DNA of 32,000 bases from Alkanindiges sp. WGS2144. GTDB taxonomy: Bacteria > Pseudomonadota > Gammaproteobacteria > Pseudomonadales > Moraxellaceae. How positions within the stretch are numbered: the stretch's first letter is position 1; every line of letters starts with the position of its first letter. The position numbers and the translations under genes were made by a program. Below are positions 8,293 to 20,453 of the stretch, in pieces. The notes below the pieces were generated by a model. It was not told where the DNA came from. It did no database searches and saw only the letters and a program-made list of their open reading frames with translations. The DNA lies in NCBI RefSeq assembly GCF_043950625.1, contig NZ_CP171007.1; one strand, written 5' to 3'.

Positions 8293-10332
8293 ATGCGGTG
8301 TCATTTTGGCTGGTTGCTAACAATAATAATGATTGCAGGGAGCACAGCAGTCAATGCTGCACCGGAGTTTGCCAGTGCTATAGCTGCCGCCAAAACCAGT
8401 TCCGCTACCATTGACGACGATTTTACGACTCCCAGAAACCTGTTGTCAGGGCAGACTAAAAAACAGGGCCAGATATTGCCAGCCACGCAGGCTTTTAGAT
8501 TTTCTGCGCTTCAGGACGGTAATCAGGTCATTATTCAGGCCAGAGTCACGCCCAATCATTATTTGTATCAGCAGAATTTTTCGGTACAGGGCAGCGCTGG
8601 CCTGACAGTCGGTAGAATCAGTTTTGACGAGCAGCCAGAATTTGAGCAAGACCCAGAGTTTGGCCGGGTACCGGTTTTTCATCGCGATGTAAGCTTAACC
8701 GTACCCGTACAGGGTAGTGGAGAGCTTATTCTAAACTGGCAGGGCTGTGCCAAAGCCAGCGTATGCTATCCACCTGAACAATTTAAAACCCAGGTGCTGG
8801 CACATGCAAAAACTGTCCAGGCAGAAACAAATAAAAAAACAGACGGTGCAATGGATCAGGAAGTTCGAGATGCGACTGAACGTTCTATTTTACCTCATCC
8901 TAAGCCAGCCGCCAAAAGCCAGGTTAAGGTCACGGCACTGGGCGAAAATCCGGCGATTGTAGCGACACCACTGCCTGAATTTGAGTCAGCAACAGATGCA
9001 GGGGCACTGGTTCAGGAGCAGGTGCCAGCACCAGTACTAACAGATGCGTCAGTTTCTAAGGCCAATCCGGCCAATAGCATAATAAGCGACCCGTTTGGTC
9101 TGGCTGACCATGCGCTACTGGCATTTGGACTGTTATTTTTGGCAGGTTTAGGGCTGGCATTTACGCCGTGTGTGCTACCTATGCTGCCTATTGTAGCTAA
9201 TTTGGTGGCAACCCAGCATCGCCGTTCAGTCGGGCATGGCTTTTTGCTGGCAGCGTCTTATGCGGTGGGAGTTGCCTGTAGTTATGCGGTATTGGGTGCG
9301 CTGGTGGCTTTATTTGGTCATCAGCTTAATTTAATTGCCTGGTCACAACATCCGGCTATCTTAATTAGTTTTGCTGCTATTTTTATAGCATTGGCTCTGC
9401 ATAGTTTTGAAGTGTTTGAGCTGCGCCTGCCAGCTTTTATTCGTGGCCGTATGCAAAAAATAGGTCAATACGGTCAGGCGGCCAAATGGTCAGGCAGTAT
9501 ACTTGGCTGCTGGGTGGCTGGCTTTTTTTCTGCATTAATCGTATCACCCTGTTTATCAGCGCCGCTGGCTGGCGTGTTACTTTCGGTATCAACTGTTGGC
9601 AATCCATGGCTTGGTGCGGTGGCATTGTTTTGTTTGGGACTAGGGCTGGGTGTGCCCTTAATGATTCTGGGGGCAACGGAAGGCCGCTTTTTGCCTCAGG
9701 CCGGCAATTGGCTAAACTGGGTGCGCCGTGGTTTTGGCTTGCTGTTGTTTGGTGTGGCACTGGTCTTGCTAAATCGTGTGTTTAATAGCCCATGGATGTT
9801 GATTTTATGGGCAGTGCTTAGCCTGTTTTTTGCTTTGTGGCTGTGGTACTGGGCAGGCCGTGGTCATGTCGTTACCAGAGCTTTGAGTGTGCTGGTAGGG
9901 ATATGGGCAGTGTTGCAAGTAATAGGTGCGGGCATTGGCGCTACTGATCCGGTACGACCGCTAGCGCCTTTGGTCCACAAAAAGGTAGAGCAACAGCCTG
10001 TAGCGGTAATTTATACGGTTGCACAACTAAAGGCCTACCAGCAGCAGTATCCGTATTTGCTGGTTGAGCTGAGTGCCGACTGGTGTATTGCCTGTAAAGT
10101 GATTGAGCGGGAACTGTTTTTACAAAACCCGGCTCCTGAGCTGGACAACTGGACGCGGGTCAAACTGGATGTGACCCAGACCAACGCCGACAGCCGTGCA
10201 GTACTACAACAGCTAAACGTGTTTGGGCCACCGGCGCTTATGCTATACCAGAATGGTCAACTGGTTGAGCAATTGCTGGGTGAGCCTGGGCGTGATGAAT
10301 TCAGTCAGGTATTGAGGCAGCATACGCCTTAG
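8293..10332 (+). CDS. dsbD: Thiol:disulfide interchange protein DsbD
   Basis: All three modules are present. Alpha domain Cys pair: GCAKASVCYPPE. TM core: FTPCVLPMLPI and SPCLSAPLAG. C-terminal thioredoxin domain: ADWCIACK. I prefer the ATG at 8293 (MRCHFGWLLTIIMIAGSTAVNA-AP, a good signal peptide) over the track's TTG at 8161. Confidence 0.9.
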   Translation: MRCHFGWLLTIIMIAGSTAVNAAPEFASAIAAAKTSSATIDDDFTTPRNLLSGQTKKQGQILPATQAFRFSALQDGNQVIIQARVTPNHYLYQQNFSVQGSAGLTVGRISFDEQPEFEQDPEFGRVPVFHRDVSLTVPVQGSGELILNWQGCAKASVCYPPEQFKTQVLAHAKTVQAETNKKTDGAMDQEVRDATERSILPHPKPAAKSQVKVTALGENPAIVATPLPEFESATDAGALVQEQVPAPVLTDASVSKANPANSIISDPFGLADHALLAFGLLFLAGLGLAFTPCVLPMLPIVANLVATQHRRSVGHGFLLAASYAVGVACSYAVLGALVALFGHQLNLIAWSQHPAILISFAAIFIALALHSFEVFELRLPAFIRGRMQKIGQYGQAAKWSGSILGCWVAGFFSALIVSPCLSAPLAGVLLSVSTVGNPWLGAVALFCLGLGLGVPLMILGATEGRFLPQAGNWLNWVRRGFGLLLFGVALVLLNRVFNSPWMLILWAVLSLFFALWLWYWAGRGHVVTRALSVLVGIWAVLQVIGAGIGATDPVRPLAPLVHKKVEQQPVAVIYTVAQLKAYQQQYPYLLVELSADWCIACKVIERELFLQNPAPELDNWTRVKLDVTQTNADSRAVLQQLNVFGPPALMLYQNGQLVEQLLGEPGRDEFSQVLRQHTP

Positions 10333-10376
10333 AGCGGTATTTTTAATTGGGCAAACGCAAGAAGGAGACATTGGAT

Positions 10377-11015
10377 ATGGAACAGAGTATAGAAAAAAGT
10401 GCTGAAAAAACACTGGATTTCTGGTTTGAATTTGCCAGTCCGTATTGCTATCCGGCGGTCAACCGGGTAGAGCAGCTGGCTGAACAGGCGGGGGTTAGGG
10501 TGCGCTGGCGAGTATTTTTGCTGGGCGCAGTATTTCAGCAGTATGGTTGGAAAACCACGCCGAATGAGCTTTTTCCGGCCAAGGGCAATTATATGTGGCA
10601 CGATGTAGAGCGAATTTGCGCCACCCTTAACTTACCCTATCAAAAGCCGACGGTATTTCCGCGCAATGGTTTACTGGCAGCGCGGATTTGTGCCAGTTAT
10701 GCCAATGAAAGTTGGCTTGCTGAGTTTGTGCGTCAGGTATTTAAGGCCAATTTCGCTGACGATCAGGATATTGGAGGCCTTGAGCCAATAGCTGGTATTT
10801 TGGAACAATTGAATCAACACAGTCATACCGTAATTGAGCAGGCCAATAGCGAAGCTGGCAAGCAGAAACTAAAACAGCAAACCCAGCAGGCGCTGGAACT
10901 AGATGTGTTTGGAGCGCCATTTATGCTGGTAGGTGATGAGCCTTTTTGGGGGAATGACCGCCTGGAGCAGGCGATTTATTTTGCAGCCAATGGCAAGCTG
11001 CCTGGCAGTATTGAG

Positions 11016-11024
<9 letters not shown>
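10377..11024 (+). CDS. DsbA-like thioredoxin-fold protein, 2-hydroxychromene-2-carboxylate isomerase family
   Basis: LDFWFEFASPYCYPA near the N-terminus and FGAPFMLVGDEPFWGNDRL near the C-terminus are typical of HCCA isomerase / kappa-GST-like DsbA-fold proteins, from memory of the family. SD aaggag at 10362-10367 favours the ATG at 10377 over the track's 10347 start. Confidence 0.7.
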
Positions 11025-13150
<2,126 letters not shown>

Positions 13151-13407
13151 TCATCCTAAACACGGTTTTTTAGCATAACATATTGTTTTGCATATTTAAT
13201 TTATATTTTTTAAAAGAATTATTAAGCATGCTGGTGTGGTACAGGACTGCATAAAAAACAAAAACTTAACGCCTTAAGTTATTGTACGTTAGCCAGAAAA
13301 ACCCTGATGTATTTCACATTTTATGAAAATGAACGGCACAGGTTTTAATTTTACCGCAGTTTAGCCTTACAATATGCACCATTGTTACCTCTGTATTGCG
13401 AAACCCC

Positions 13408-14022
13408 ATGTCGGAACCATCTCATTCCTTAACAACTGATCAGCCAGCCAGCCAGTCAGCCGAATCACCTGTTACTGATGAATCGCCCAGGTCACCTGAG
13501 CAGGTGCCGGTTCAGGCAGAATCCATACAGGACAGCAAAAAAAGCTGGACCGGAAATATCAACACCACGGGCGTGATTAAACTGGATGTTGTTTTACAGC
13601 AGCTTTGCCGTGCATTTAATACCTCACCATTTTTTCATCACCTAAACATGCAAATGGTTCTGGAAGAGCAGGAGATCAAATGCATACTGGATATGAATGA
13701 CTCTTTAATTGGTAATGTGGCTTTTCAGATTTTGCATGGCGGCGTAGCGGCCACCATGCTGGACAGTATTGGCGGCATTGTGGCAATGGGTGAATTGTAC
13801 AAGCGCGCAGACAAGGAACATATTGCCGAAACGGTTAAAAAAGTCACCCGCCTGGCTACAGTGGATATGCGTATAGACTATATTGCACCAGGTCGTGGCA
13901 AGCAGTTTATTGGTACGGCAGAAGTGCTGCGTATGGGACGCAAAGGCTGCACAACCCGTATGAATATGCACAATGACGAAGGCAAGCTGATTGCAATCGG
14001 CATAGCATCTTATGCGTATTAA
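13408..14022 (+). CDS. Hotdog-fold acyl-CoA thioesterase (PaaI/YigI-like) with a disordered N-terminal extension
   Basis: The C-terminal region (LHGGVAATMLDSIGG, ATVDMRIDYIAPG, ASYAY end) matches PaaI-type thioesterases. The first ~50 aa are Ser/Pro/Gln/Glu-rich. ATG at 13408 is preferred to the upstream TTG at 13396. Confidence 0.7.
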   Translation: MSEPSHSLTTDQPASQSAESPVTDESPRSPEQVPVQAESIQDSKKSWTGNINTTGVIKLDVVLQQLCRAFNTSPFFHHLNMQMVLEEQEIKCILDMNDSLIGNVAFQILHGGVAATMLDSIGGIVAMGELYKRADKEHIAETVKKVTRLATVDMRIDYIAPGRGKQFIGTAEVLRMGRKGCTTRMNMHNDEGKLIAIGIASYAY

Positions 14023-14087
14023 CTACCATTTCCTAGCAATTGCTTATGAGTGAGAACCGGTAAGCCGTGATGAACGAACCCTGTAAA

Positions 14088-14657
14088 TTACAGGTTAACG
14101 ATCCAGTCCTGCCGACGGTGAAAGTCCGCCTGATGACCGGAGTGCTGTAGTGCATAAAAAAGCTGCTTCTGGTTGTTTAGCTGGATTACAGCACAAATGC
14201 CCAGTTTAATATCTTCCAGATAACAATCCTGCTGCTGAATAAACTGTTGTAAGTTCAAGGTGGCTTGCAGCTTATTGGCCTGACAGGATAGCTGGATCAA
14301 TTCAATATCATCTGCCCAGGCTGGTGGCATCACATCAGGCTGACGGTAATCTTCAAACCGATAGCAGTTCCAGTATTGTTGCGGGCTTAAGTTGATCTCA
14401 CGGTAATCCGGCTGATCCTTAATACCAACAAACACCTCAAAACAGGTTTGCTCCCATAGCTTATCCCGTCGGGGATAAGTCTGCATGGAGGCTGCTGATG
14501 GGTTGGATTGTTTAACAGAATCTGACCAGTCAATGCGCTGCTCAGGATCAATGGCCAGAAATAAAATATTGAGGGTGGCTGGTAAAACCAGTTCGGTTGC
14601 AGCCACAATCCGCACAGCGGGGCAGGGGGCAAAGGCATCTAGCTCGTAGCTTGGCAA
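14088..14657 (-). CDS. Hypothetical protein, possibly DOMON-like / carbohydrate-binding-like fold
   Basis: 189-aa ORF with a TTG start, 27 nt downstream of yhbY on the same strand. The segment WEQTCFEVFVG...YREINLSPQQYWNCYRFEDYR resembles DOMON-like proteins from memory only. No signal peptide. Confidence 0.45.
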   Translation of the reverse strand: MPSYELDAFAPCPAVRIVAATELVLPATLNILFLAIDPEQRIDWSDSVKQSNPSAASMQTYPRRDKLWEQTCFEVFVGIKDQPDYREINLSPQQYWNCYRFEDYRQPDVMPPAWADDIELIQLSCQANKLQATLNLQQFIQQQDCYLEDIKLGICAVIQLNNQKQLFYALQHSGHQADFHRRQDWIVNL

Positions 14658-14684
14658 GATCGTTACTCCAGCTAGGTGGCTAAA

Positions 14685-15008
14685 TTACTGACTGAGGTGT
14701 GCAAACCGTACCAGATTGGATAGATGCTGATTTTGCTTGGCGGCTTTTTTATACAGTAAAACCATTTTGCCAACCTGCTGCACAATTTGCGCACCGGTCT
14801 GCTCGGCCAGACTCTGGATGAGCTGGGCACGCTGCTCCCGGTCTTCGCCAGCGACTTTTACTTTAATGAGTTCATGGTCGTTGAGGGCACGCAGGGTTTC
14901 TTCAATCACGTTTTCAGTTAAGCCCTGATTACCAAGCATAATTACCGGATTGAGTGCATGGCCAATTTGACGCAAACGCTTACGTTCCTGATTTGAAAGA
15001 CTGATCAT
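14685..15008 (-). CDS. yhbY: Ribosome assembly RNA-binding protein YhbY (CRM domain)
   Basis: 107 aa. LSNQERKRLRQIGHALNPVIMLGNQGLTENVIEETLRALNDHELIKVKV is the classic YhbY pattern. It is divergent from rlmE, as in other gammaproteobacteria. Confidence 0.9.
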   Translation of the reverse strand: MISLSNQERKRLRQIGHALNPVIMLGNQGLTENVIEETLRALNDHELIKVKVAGEDREQRAQLIQSLAEQTGAQIVQQVGKMVLLYKKAAKQNQHLSNLVRFAHLSQ

Positions 15009-15239
15009 GACACCTGATCCAACAGCAGAATAAAAGGACGGCTAGTATAGCGAAAAAAATGGTCGTCAAATAATTATTCTTAAATGACCAGTCACTGGAT
15101 AAAGGGTTAAATATCGATCCGGTTAGTTTTCTTGATTGCATCGGCCATTTGGAACGATTAGTCAATTTAACGCCTAAGCCAGCCCAAAATCAGTTAATAT
15201 CCGGCATGTTTAATCAATTTGCTATTCACAGGTTGAGTT

Positions 15240-15887
15240 ATGGCAATCCGTATTACCAACAATAAGCTGTCCAAGAGTAGCCGTGCGTGGATGCGTGAGC
15301 ACCTGGATGACCCCTTTGTCAAGCGTGCACACAAGGATGGATATCGTGCTCGTGCTGCCTATAAGCTGCTGGAAATACAGGAAAAATACAATATTATCAA
15401 GCCGGGTATGACCGTGGTTGACCTTGGTGCTGCCCCCGGTAGCTGGTCACAGGTGGCTGGCAAGCTGGTAGGCTCAAAAGGACTGGTGATTGCCTCGGAT
15501 ATTTTGCCCATGGATGCTTTGCCCGATGTGACCTTCCTGCAAGGGGATTTTCGCGAACAGGAAGTATTTGATGAATTGTTAAAAATCCTGAACGGACGAC
15601 AGGTGGACGTTGTAATTTCAGATATGGCCCCCAATACATCTGGTAATACCTCTGTTGATCAGCCACGCATGATTTACCTGTGTGAACTGGCACTTGATTT
15701 TGCTACCCGTGTACTGGGAGTCAAAGGCCAGTTTCTGGTTAAGGTGTTCCAGGGTGAGGGCTTTGATGAGTACCGTAAATCAGTCGTTGATACCTTTGAT
15801 GTATTGAAGACATCCAAGCCAGCTGCTTCCCGGGCAAGGTCAAAAGAAGTATATCTGCTTGGGCAGGGGCGCAAAAAATCCCTGTAA
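15240..15887 (+). CDS. rlmE: 23S rRNA (U2552-2'-O)-methyltransferase RlmE (FtsJ)
   Basis: 215 aa. [34 protein letters not shown]-binding motif [12 protein letters not shown], and VISDMAPN. It sits upstream of ftsH in the conserved order. Confidence 0.93.
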   Translation: MAIRITNNKLSKSSRAWMREHLDDPFVKRAHKDGYRARAAYKLLEIQEKYNIIKPGMTVVDLGAAPGSWSQVAGKLVGSKGLVIASDILPMDALPDVTFLQGDFREQEVFDELLKILNGRQVDVVISDMAPNTSGNTSVDQPRMIYLCELALDFATRVLGVKGQFLVKVFQGEGFDEYRKSVVDTFDVLKTSKPAASRARSKEVYLLGQGRKKSL

Positions 15888-16011
15888 CCCTTTGGGAAAA
15901 AGGCTGTGGTTTAATATTAATTACAGCTTAAATTAAGAGAAAACCTGAGAGAAAGATCACATCAATCAGGTGGTCATGTACTCAATCTTGACAATGCGTA
16001 CATGATTTGAA

Positions 16012-16020
16012 TGCTATAAT
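16012..16020 (+). promoter_or_regulatory. Candidate extended -10 promoter (TGcTATAAT) for ftsH
   Basis: A perfect TATAAT at 16015-16020 is preceded by TG at 16012-16013, about 40 nt upstream of the ftsH TTG start. The TTGACA at 15988-15993 is 21 nt away, too far to serve as a canonical -35. Confidence 0.35.
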
Positions 16021-16058
16021 GCACGTTGTGGTCATCATGAATATATGGGAAGAAAGCT

Positions 16059-17966
16059 TTGAGCGATCTTGTTAAGAATGCTGTGTTGTGGCTTGTCATC
16101 ATTGGCGTTCTCGTGCTGGTATTTAGCAACTTTGAAAACCGCAACAAGCCGGATCAGCTGAACTATTCCGAATTCGTCACAGCGGTGAATGCAGGCCAGA
16201 TCAAGCAGGTCAAGATTGACGGTGAAAAAATCTCTGGCGAAAAGCTGGATGGCAAGCCGTTTGAGAGTATTCGTCCAGCTGTGACCGATGCTGAGCTGAT
16301 GCCAAACCTGATTAAAAATAATGTAGAAATTGAAGGGACTGCGCCACATCGTCAGGGCTTGCTCATGCAGTTGCTGATTGCCAGCTTCCCGGTGCTATTG
16401 ATTATCCTGCTATTTATGTTTTTTATGCGCAATATGCAGGGTGGGGCAGGTGGCAAGGGCGGGCCGATGAGTTTTGGCAAGTCCAAGGCCAAGATGCTCA
16501 CTGATGACCAGATTAAAGTAACTTTTAAGGATGTTGCTGGCTGTGATGAAGCCAAACAGGAAGTTGTGGAAATTGTTGATTTTCTGAAAGATCCTGCCAA
16601 GTTCAAGCGCCTTGGCGCTAAAATTCCCCGTGGTGTGCTGATGGTGGGCCCACCGGGTACTGGTAAAACCCTGCTGGCCAAAGCCATTGCTGGTGAGGCC
16701 AAAGTACCCTTCTTCTCAATTTCCGGTTCTGACTTTGTTGAGATGTTTGTGGGTGTGGGTGCTTCCCGCGTGCGTGACATGTTTGAACAAGCCAAGCGCC
16801 ACGCACCATGTATTATCTTTATTGACGAGATTGACGCAGTTGGTCGCCACCGTGGTTCAGGTACTGGTGGTGGACACGATGAGCGCGAACAAACCCTAAA
16901 CCAGATGCTGGTTGAAATGGACGGTTTTGAAGGCAACGAAGGCATTATTGTCATTGCGGCCACCAACCGGGTCGATGTACTGGACAAGGCCTTATTGCGT
17001 CCTGGTCGTTTTGACCGTCAGGTTGCTGTTGGTTTGCCGGATATTAAAGGCCGTGAGCAAATTTTAAATGTACACATGACCAAGCTGCCTTCAGTAACTG
17101 GCGTAGATACCAAAGTTTTAGCACGTGGTACGCCTGGCTTTAGTGGTGCAGACTTGGCTAACCTGGTGAATGAAGCAGCCCTGTTTGCGGCACGTCGCAA
17201 CAAGAACACCGTGGATATGCACGACTTTGAAGATGCCAAAGATAAAATCTTTATGGGACCTGAGCGTAAATCCATGGTACTGCGTGAAGAAGAGCGTAAG
17301 GCCACTGCTTACCACGAAGCCGGTCATGCGATTGTGGCTGAGCTATTACCGGGTACTGATCCGGTGCATAAAGTGACTATTATGCCACGTGGCTGGGCAC
17401 TGGGCGTGACCTGGCAATTGCCTGAGCACGATCGTATTAGTCATTATAAAGACAAAATGCTGAATGAAATTTCCATTTTGTTTGGTGGTCGTATTGCTGA
17501 GGAAGTGTTTATTAACCAGCAATCGACCGGTGCATCCAATGACTTTGAGCGTGCGACCAAAATTGCCCGTGCCATGGTGACCAAATACGGTATGTCGGAT
17601 AAGCTAGGCGTGATGGTGTATGAAGATGACCAGTCACAGTCCTTCTTTGGCAATGTGGGCAGCCGCACTATTTCAGAGGCAACCCAGCAGCAGGTTGATG
17701 CCGAAGTTCGCCGTATTCTGGACGAGCAATACAAGATTGCCCGTGATTTGATTGAGTCACACATGGATATTGCGCACGCCATGGTGAAAGCGCTGCTGGA
17801 GTGGGAAACCATTGACCGCGAGCAGATTCTGGACATTATGGCAGGCCGTGAACCAAATCCACCACGTGTTTATGAGCCAGTCAATCCGGTGCCAGAGCAC
17901 AGCATTGATAGTGGAAATTCTTCATCTGGTGGTGGTTCTACACCGCCACCGCTCCCTGCGATGTGA
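16059..17966 (+). CDS. ftsH: ATP-dependent zinc metalloprotease FtsH (TTG start)
   Basis: 635 aa. Walker A GPPGTGKT, Walker [10 protein letters not shown], second region of homology (SRH), and zinc site HEAGHAI. The N-terminus [22 protein letters not shown] matches the usual FtsH start. The nearby upstream ATG (16037) is out of frame and terminates. Confidence 0.95.
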   Translation: MSDLVKNAVLWLVIIGVLVLVFSNFENRNKPDQLNYSEFVTAVNAGQIKQVKIDGEKISGEKLDGKPFESIRPAVTDAELMPNLIKNNVEIEGTAPHRQGLLMQLLIASFPVLLIILLFMFFMRNMQGGAGGKGGPMSFGKSKAKMLTDDQIKVTFKDVAGCDEAKQEVVEIVDFLKDPAKFKRLGAKIPRGVLMVGPPGTGKTLLAKAIAGEAKVPFFSISGSDFVEMFVGVGASRVRDMFEQAKRHAPCIIFIDEIDAVGRHRGSGTGGGHDEREQTLNQMLVEMDGFEGNEGIIVIAATNRVDVLDKALLRPGRFDRQVAVGLPDIKGREQILNVHMTKLPSVTGVDTKVLARGTPGFSGADLANLVNEAALFAARRNKNTVDMHDFEDAKDKIFMGPERKSMVLREEERKATAYHEAGHAIVAELLPGTDPVHKVTIMPRGWALGVTWQLPEHDRISHYKDKMLNEISILFGGRIAEEVFINQQSTGASNDFERATKIARAMVTKYGMSDKLGVMVYEDDQSQSFFGNVGSRTISEATQQQVDAEVRRILDEQYKIARDLIESHMDIAHAMVKALLEWETIDREQILDIMAGREPNPPRVYEPVNPVPEHSIDSGNSSSGGGSTPPPLPAM

Positions 17967-18022
17967 GCGGCGCTAAAAAGCGCGGTAGCGTTTTAGCCGC
18001 GCAAGACGAAGGTTGTGCCTGA

Positions 18023-18061
18023 GTGGCGGCGGATAAGCCGAGCACTGCTCGGCCGCGCCAC
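18023..18061 (+). other. GC-rich extended stem-loop in the ftsH 3' region
   Basis: Outer arms gtggcggcgg (18023-32) / ccgcgccac (18053-61) pair with one bulge. They enclose the inner hairpin ccgagc-act-gctcgg (18038-52). No U-tract follows. A second imperfect GC-rich palindrome sits at 17967-18000. Confidence 0.5.
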
Positions 18062-18130
18062 AAGAGGAAAATCTGTGATTTTACTGCGAACCCTTACCTT
18101 AGAGCAGGCAAAGTAAAAAGTAACTCAATA

Positions 18131-18163
18131 AAAACCGTGCTTTAGAACAGGCACGGTTTTTTT
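18131..18163 (+). terminator. Rho-independent terminator downstream of ftsH
   Basis: aaaaccgtgc (18131-40) / gcacggtttt (18151-60) with a 10-nt loop, followed by a T-run extending to 18163. Confidence 0.8.
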
Positions 18164-18205
18164 ATATAAAATGCAAGTCGTCACCAAAGAATTTCTGGAA
18201 CCATC

Positions 18206-19063
18206 ATGCAACTGCGTCCCTTGCCCTCTGTTCAACTCCGCTGTAGAGACAAAATGCTGGATTTATCCCAACCGCAGGTTATGGGCATTTTAAATGTGAC
18301 TCCGGATTCTTTTTCTGATGGTGGGCAATATACCCAGCTTGAGCATGCCTTAAACCATGCGCAGGCAATGGTTGATCAGGGCGCCAGCATTATTGATATT
18401 GGTGGTGAATCTACCCGGCCACATGCAGCCAAGGTCAGTGTTGATGAAGAAATTCAGCGTGTGGTGCCTGTTGTAGAGGCAGTTGCCCGACAGATGGAGG
18501 TGATTATATCGGTGGATACCAGCACCCCTGAGGTCATGGAAGCAGCCGTGCAGGCAGGGGCGCATATCTGGAATGATGTGCGTGCGCTCACTCGACCGGG
18601 CGCGCTTGCAATGGCTGCCCAGTTAAATGTTCCAATAGTGCTCATGCACATGCGGGGCGAGCCGGATACCATGAACAGTCTGGCACACTATAATAATGTA
18701 GTGCAGGAAGTGATTGCTGAACTGGAGCAACGATTGCACTTAGCCTTGCAGGCAGGCATAACACAGGAAAATATCATTTTAGATCCTGGTTTTGGTTTTG
18801 CCAAAGATACACAGCACAACTTGCAATTGCTTAATACACTGTATCAATTGAATGACCATTTTGGTTTGCCGTGGTTAAGCGGTTTATCACGCAAGCGTTT
18901 TTTGGGAGAAGTCTTAAATGGTGCCGGGGTGGAAGAGCGTCTATATGCCGGGCTAGCGGGGCATTTAATGTCGGTACAGCAGGGGGCCTCTATTGTACGC
19001 ACGCATGATGTGCTTGCCACGGTTCAGCAATTAACACTATGGCAAGCTAGTCTAAGGACTTAA
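18206..19063 (+). CDS. folP: Dihydropteroate synthase
   Basis: 285 aa. VMGILNVTPDSFSDGG, IIDIGGESTRP and DPGFGFAK motifs. It follows ftsH as in other gammaproteobacteria. Confidence 0.93.
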   Translation: MQLRPLPSVQLRCRDKMLDLSQPQVMGILNVTPDSFSDGGQYTQLEHALNHAQAMVDQGASIIDIGGESTRPHAAKVSVDEEIQRVVPVVEAVARQMEVIISVDTSTPEVMEAAVQAGAHIWNDVRALTRPGALAMAAQLNVPIVLMHMRGEPDTMNSLAHYNNVVQEVIAELEQRLHLALQAGITQENIILDPGFGFAKDTQHNLQLLNTLYQLNDHFGLPWLSGLSRKRFLGEVLNGAGVEERLYAGLAGHLMSVQQGASIVRTHDVLATVQQLTLWQASLRT

Positions 19064-19073
19064 CATCAAAATG

Positions 19074-19445
19074 TTATGAGCAGGCAACCGGCTTGTACTG
19101 ATCTTCCTGTACCTGTTTAAAGCCCAAAGACTGAGCTTTTTCTAGCTGAAAAGCTGCAATTTTATAAATGCCCAGTTTACCTTGCGAAGCACCACACATC
19201 TGCGTGCGCATCATACCGTCATCAACACAATGTGCGCCCAATACCTGAATCTGACTTTGGTCAAGGCTCTGCTGGGTTTTGTTGAGTGCATCATTGCCAG
19301 ATGCTTGCTCACATTGTTTAAGGTCCAGGTCTTTGGCCACCCATAGGGGTTGATGGCTATCTTCATTGGGTTGGGAAGGAGAGGACTGACAGCCAATAAG
19401 TAGCGCTGTACCAAACAGGGCAAGGGAAAAAGCAGTTTTTTTCAT
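19074..19445 (-). CDS. Small lipoprotein of unknown function
   Basis: Lipobox LLIGC in MKKTAFSLALFGTALLIGC-QSS. The mature part has four further Cys. It is convergent with folP, with only 10 nt between the stop codons. Confidence 0.55.
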   Translation of the reverse strand: MKKTAFSLALFGTALLIGCQSSPSQPNEDSHQPLWVAKDLDLKQCEQASGNDALNKTQQSLDQSQIQVLGAHCVDDGMMRTQMCGASQGKLGIYKIAAFQLEKAQSLGFKQVQEDQYKPVACS

Positions 19446-19600
19446 TAGAATTCATCCATTAATATGATTAACTCGCTTTATTAGACTAACAAACCCAATG
19501 CATTATCTAGTGCTAAAAATGTTACGCCCGGGTTAATGTTCTGGCCTAAAAATAAACTGTAACTAGCCAGTTCTCCAGCCATTTTATTCAACTATCAGCA

Positions 19601-20437
19601 TTACTCTGCTTTGAGCTGCAACGCGCGCTGATATAGCTCATTTTTCTTTAGGCCGGTTAAATCAGCAGCCAGCTGAGCCGCGGGTTTGACGGGTAGATCC
19701 TGTAGTAAACGTTTCAGTAAATCATCCACTTTTTGCTGATCCTGCTCGCCAATATCGGGAGTACCCGCGACCACGAGCACAATTTCACCTTTTTGCTGGT
19801 TAGGGTCATTTTTTACAAAATCATAGAGCTGACCAATGGTAGTTTTTTTAATAGTTTCAAAGGTCTTGGTAATCTCGCGAGCCATGGTAATGTCGCGTTC
19901 AATGCCAAAAATAGCTTTCATGTCCTCCAGACAATCTACAATCCGGTGCGGTGCTTCGTAGAAAATCAGGGTTTGAGACGCAGCTTTTAGGGTCGCAAGC
20001 TTTTGCTGGCGTGCATGGCTTTTGGCTGGTAAAAAACCTTCAAAGCTAAAGCGGTCACTAGGCAGGCCGGCGGCACTTAAGGCTGCAATGGCAGCACAGG
20101 CACCCGGAACAGGGATGACACGGATACTTTCTTCATGCGCTGCCCGCACCAGTTTAAAGCCAGGATCGCTGATTAGGGGAGTACCCGCATCACTGATTAA
20201 TGCAACTGACTGGCCTTGTTTAATTTTGTGAATAATTTCTAAAGTTTTGTGACTTTCATTATGATCATGGCAAGCGGTCACTGGAGTTGTTATATGATAG
20301 GCATCTGTTAAGCGTGTCGCGTGCCGGGTGTCTTCAGCTGCAATAAGATCTACCTCACGCAAAACCTGTATTGCACGCGTTGAAATATCTTCGAGGTGAC
20401 CAATTGGCGTTGCCACCACATATAAATGAGCGCTCAT
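19601..20437 (-). CDS. rsmI: 16S rRNA (C1402-2'-O)-methyltransferase RsmI
   Basis: The start is set at ATG 20437 (MSAHLYVVATPIGHLEDISTRAIQVLREVDLIAAEDTRH), which aligns with the E. coli RsmI N-terminus as I recall it. GGAGA lies upstream. The track's 330-aa version adds 52 non-conserved residues overlapping lpoA. Confidence 0.88.
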   Translation of the reverse strand: MSAHLYVVATPIGHLEDISTRAIQVLREVDLIAAEDTRHATRLTDAYHITTPVTACHDHNESHKTLEIIHKIKQGQSVALISDAGTPLISDPGFKLVRAAHEESIRVIPVPGACAAIAALSAAGLPSDRFSFEGFLPAKSHARQQKLATLKAASQTLIFYEAPHRIVDCLEDMKAIFGIERDITMAREITKTFETIKKTTIGQLYDFVKNDPNQQKGEIVLVVAGTPDIGEQDQQKVDDLLKRLLQDLPVKPAAQLAADLTGLKKNELYQRALQLKAE

Positions 20438-20453
20438 GCGAAAAGGCTTCTCC

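Noticed and set aside
14079-14096. Short hairpin cctgta-aat-tacagg between the convergent thioesterase and the 189-aa ORF
   Set aside because: It is only a 6-bp stem overlapping the stop codon, with no U-tract, which is insufficient for a terminator call.
15009-15239. Search for a sigma-32 heat-shock promoter upstream of rlmE (cttgatt ... ccatttgg at about 15140-15165)
   Set aside because: The spacing between the -35-like and -10-like elements is only about 8 nt, far from the 13-17 nt expected, so I make no call.
15886-15980. TPP-riboswitch-like fragments (accctttggg, cctgagaga, atcaggtgg) between rlmE and ftsH
   Set aside because: The motifs occur in the wrong order for a THI element, no P1-P5 pairing scheme can be drawn, and the downstream gene is ftsH.
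16352-16987. 211-aa minus-strand ORF, and others at 17018-17836, inside ftsH
   Set aside because: They are antisense shadows of a highly conserved gene, with Ser/Pro/Thr-rich low-complexity translations.
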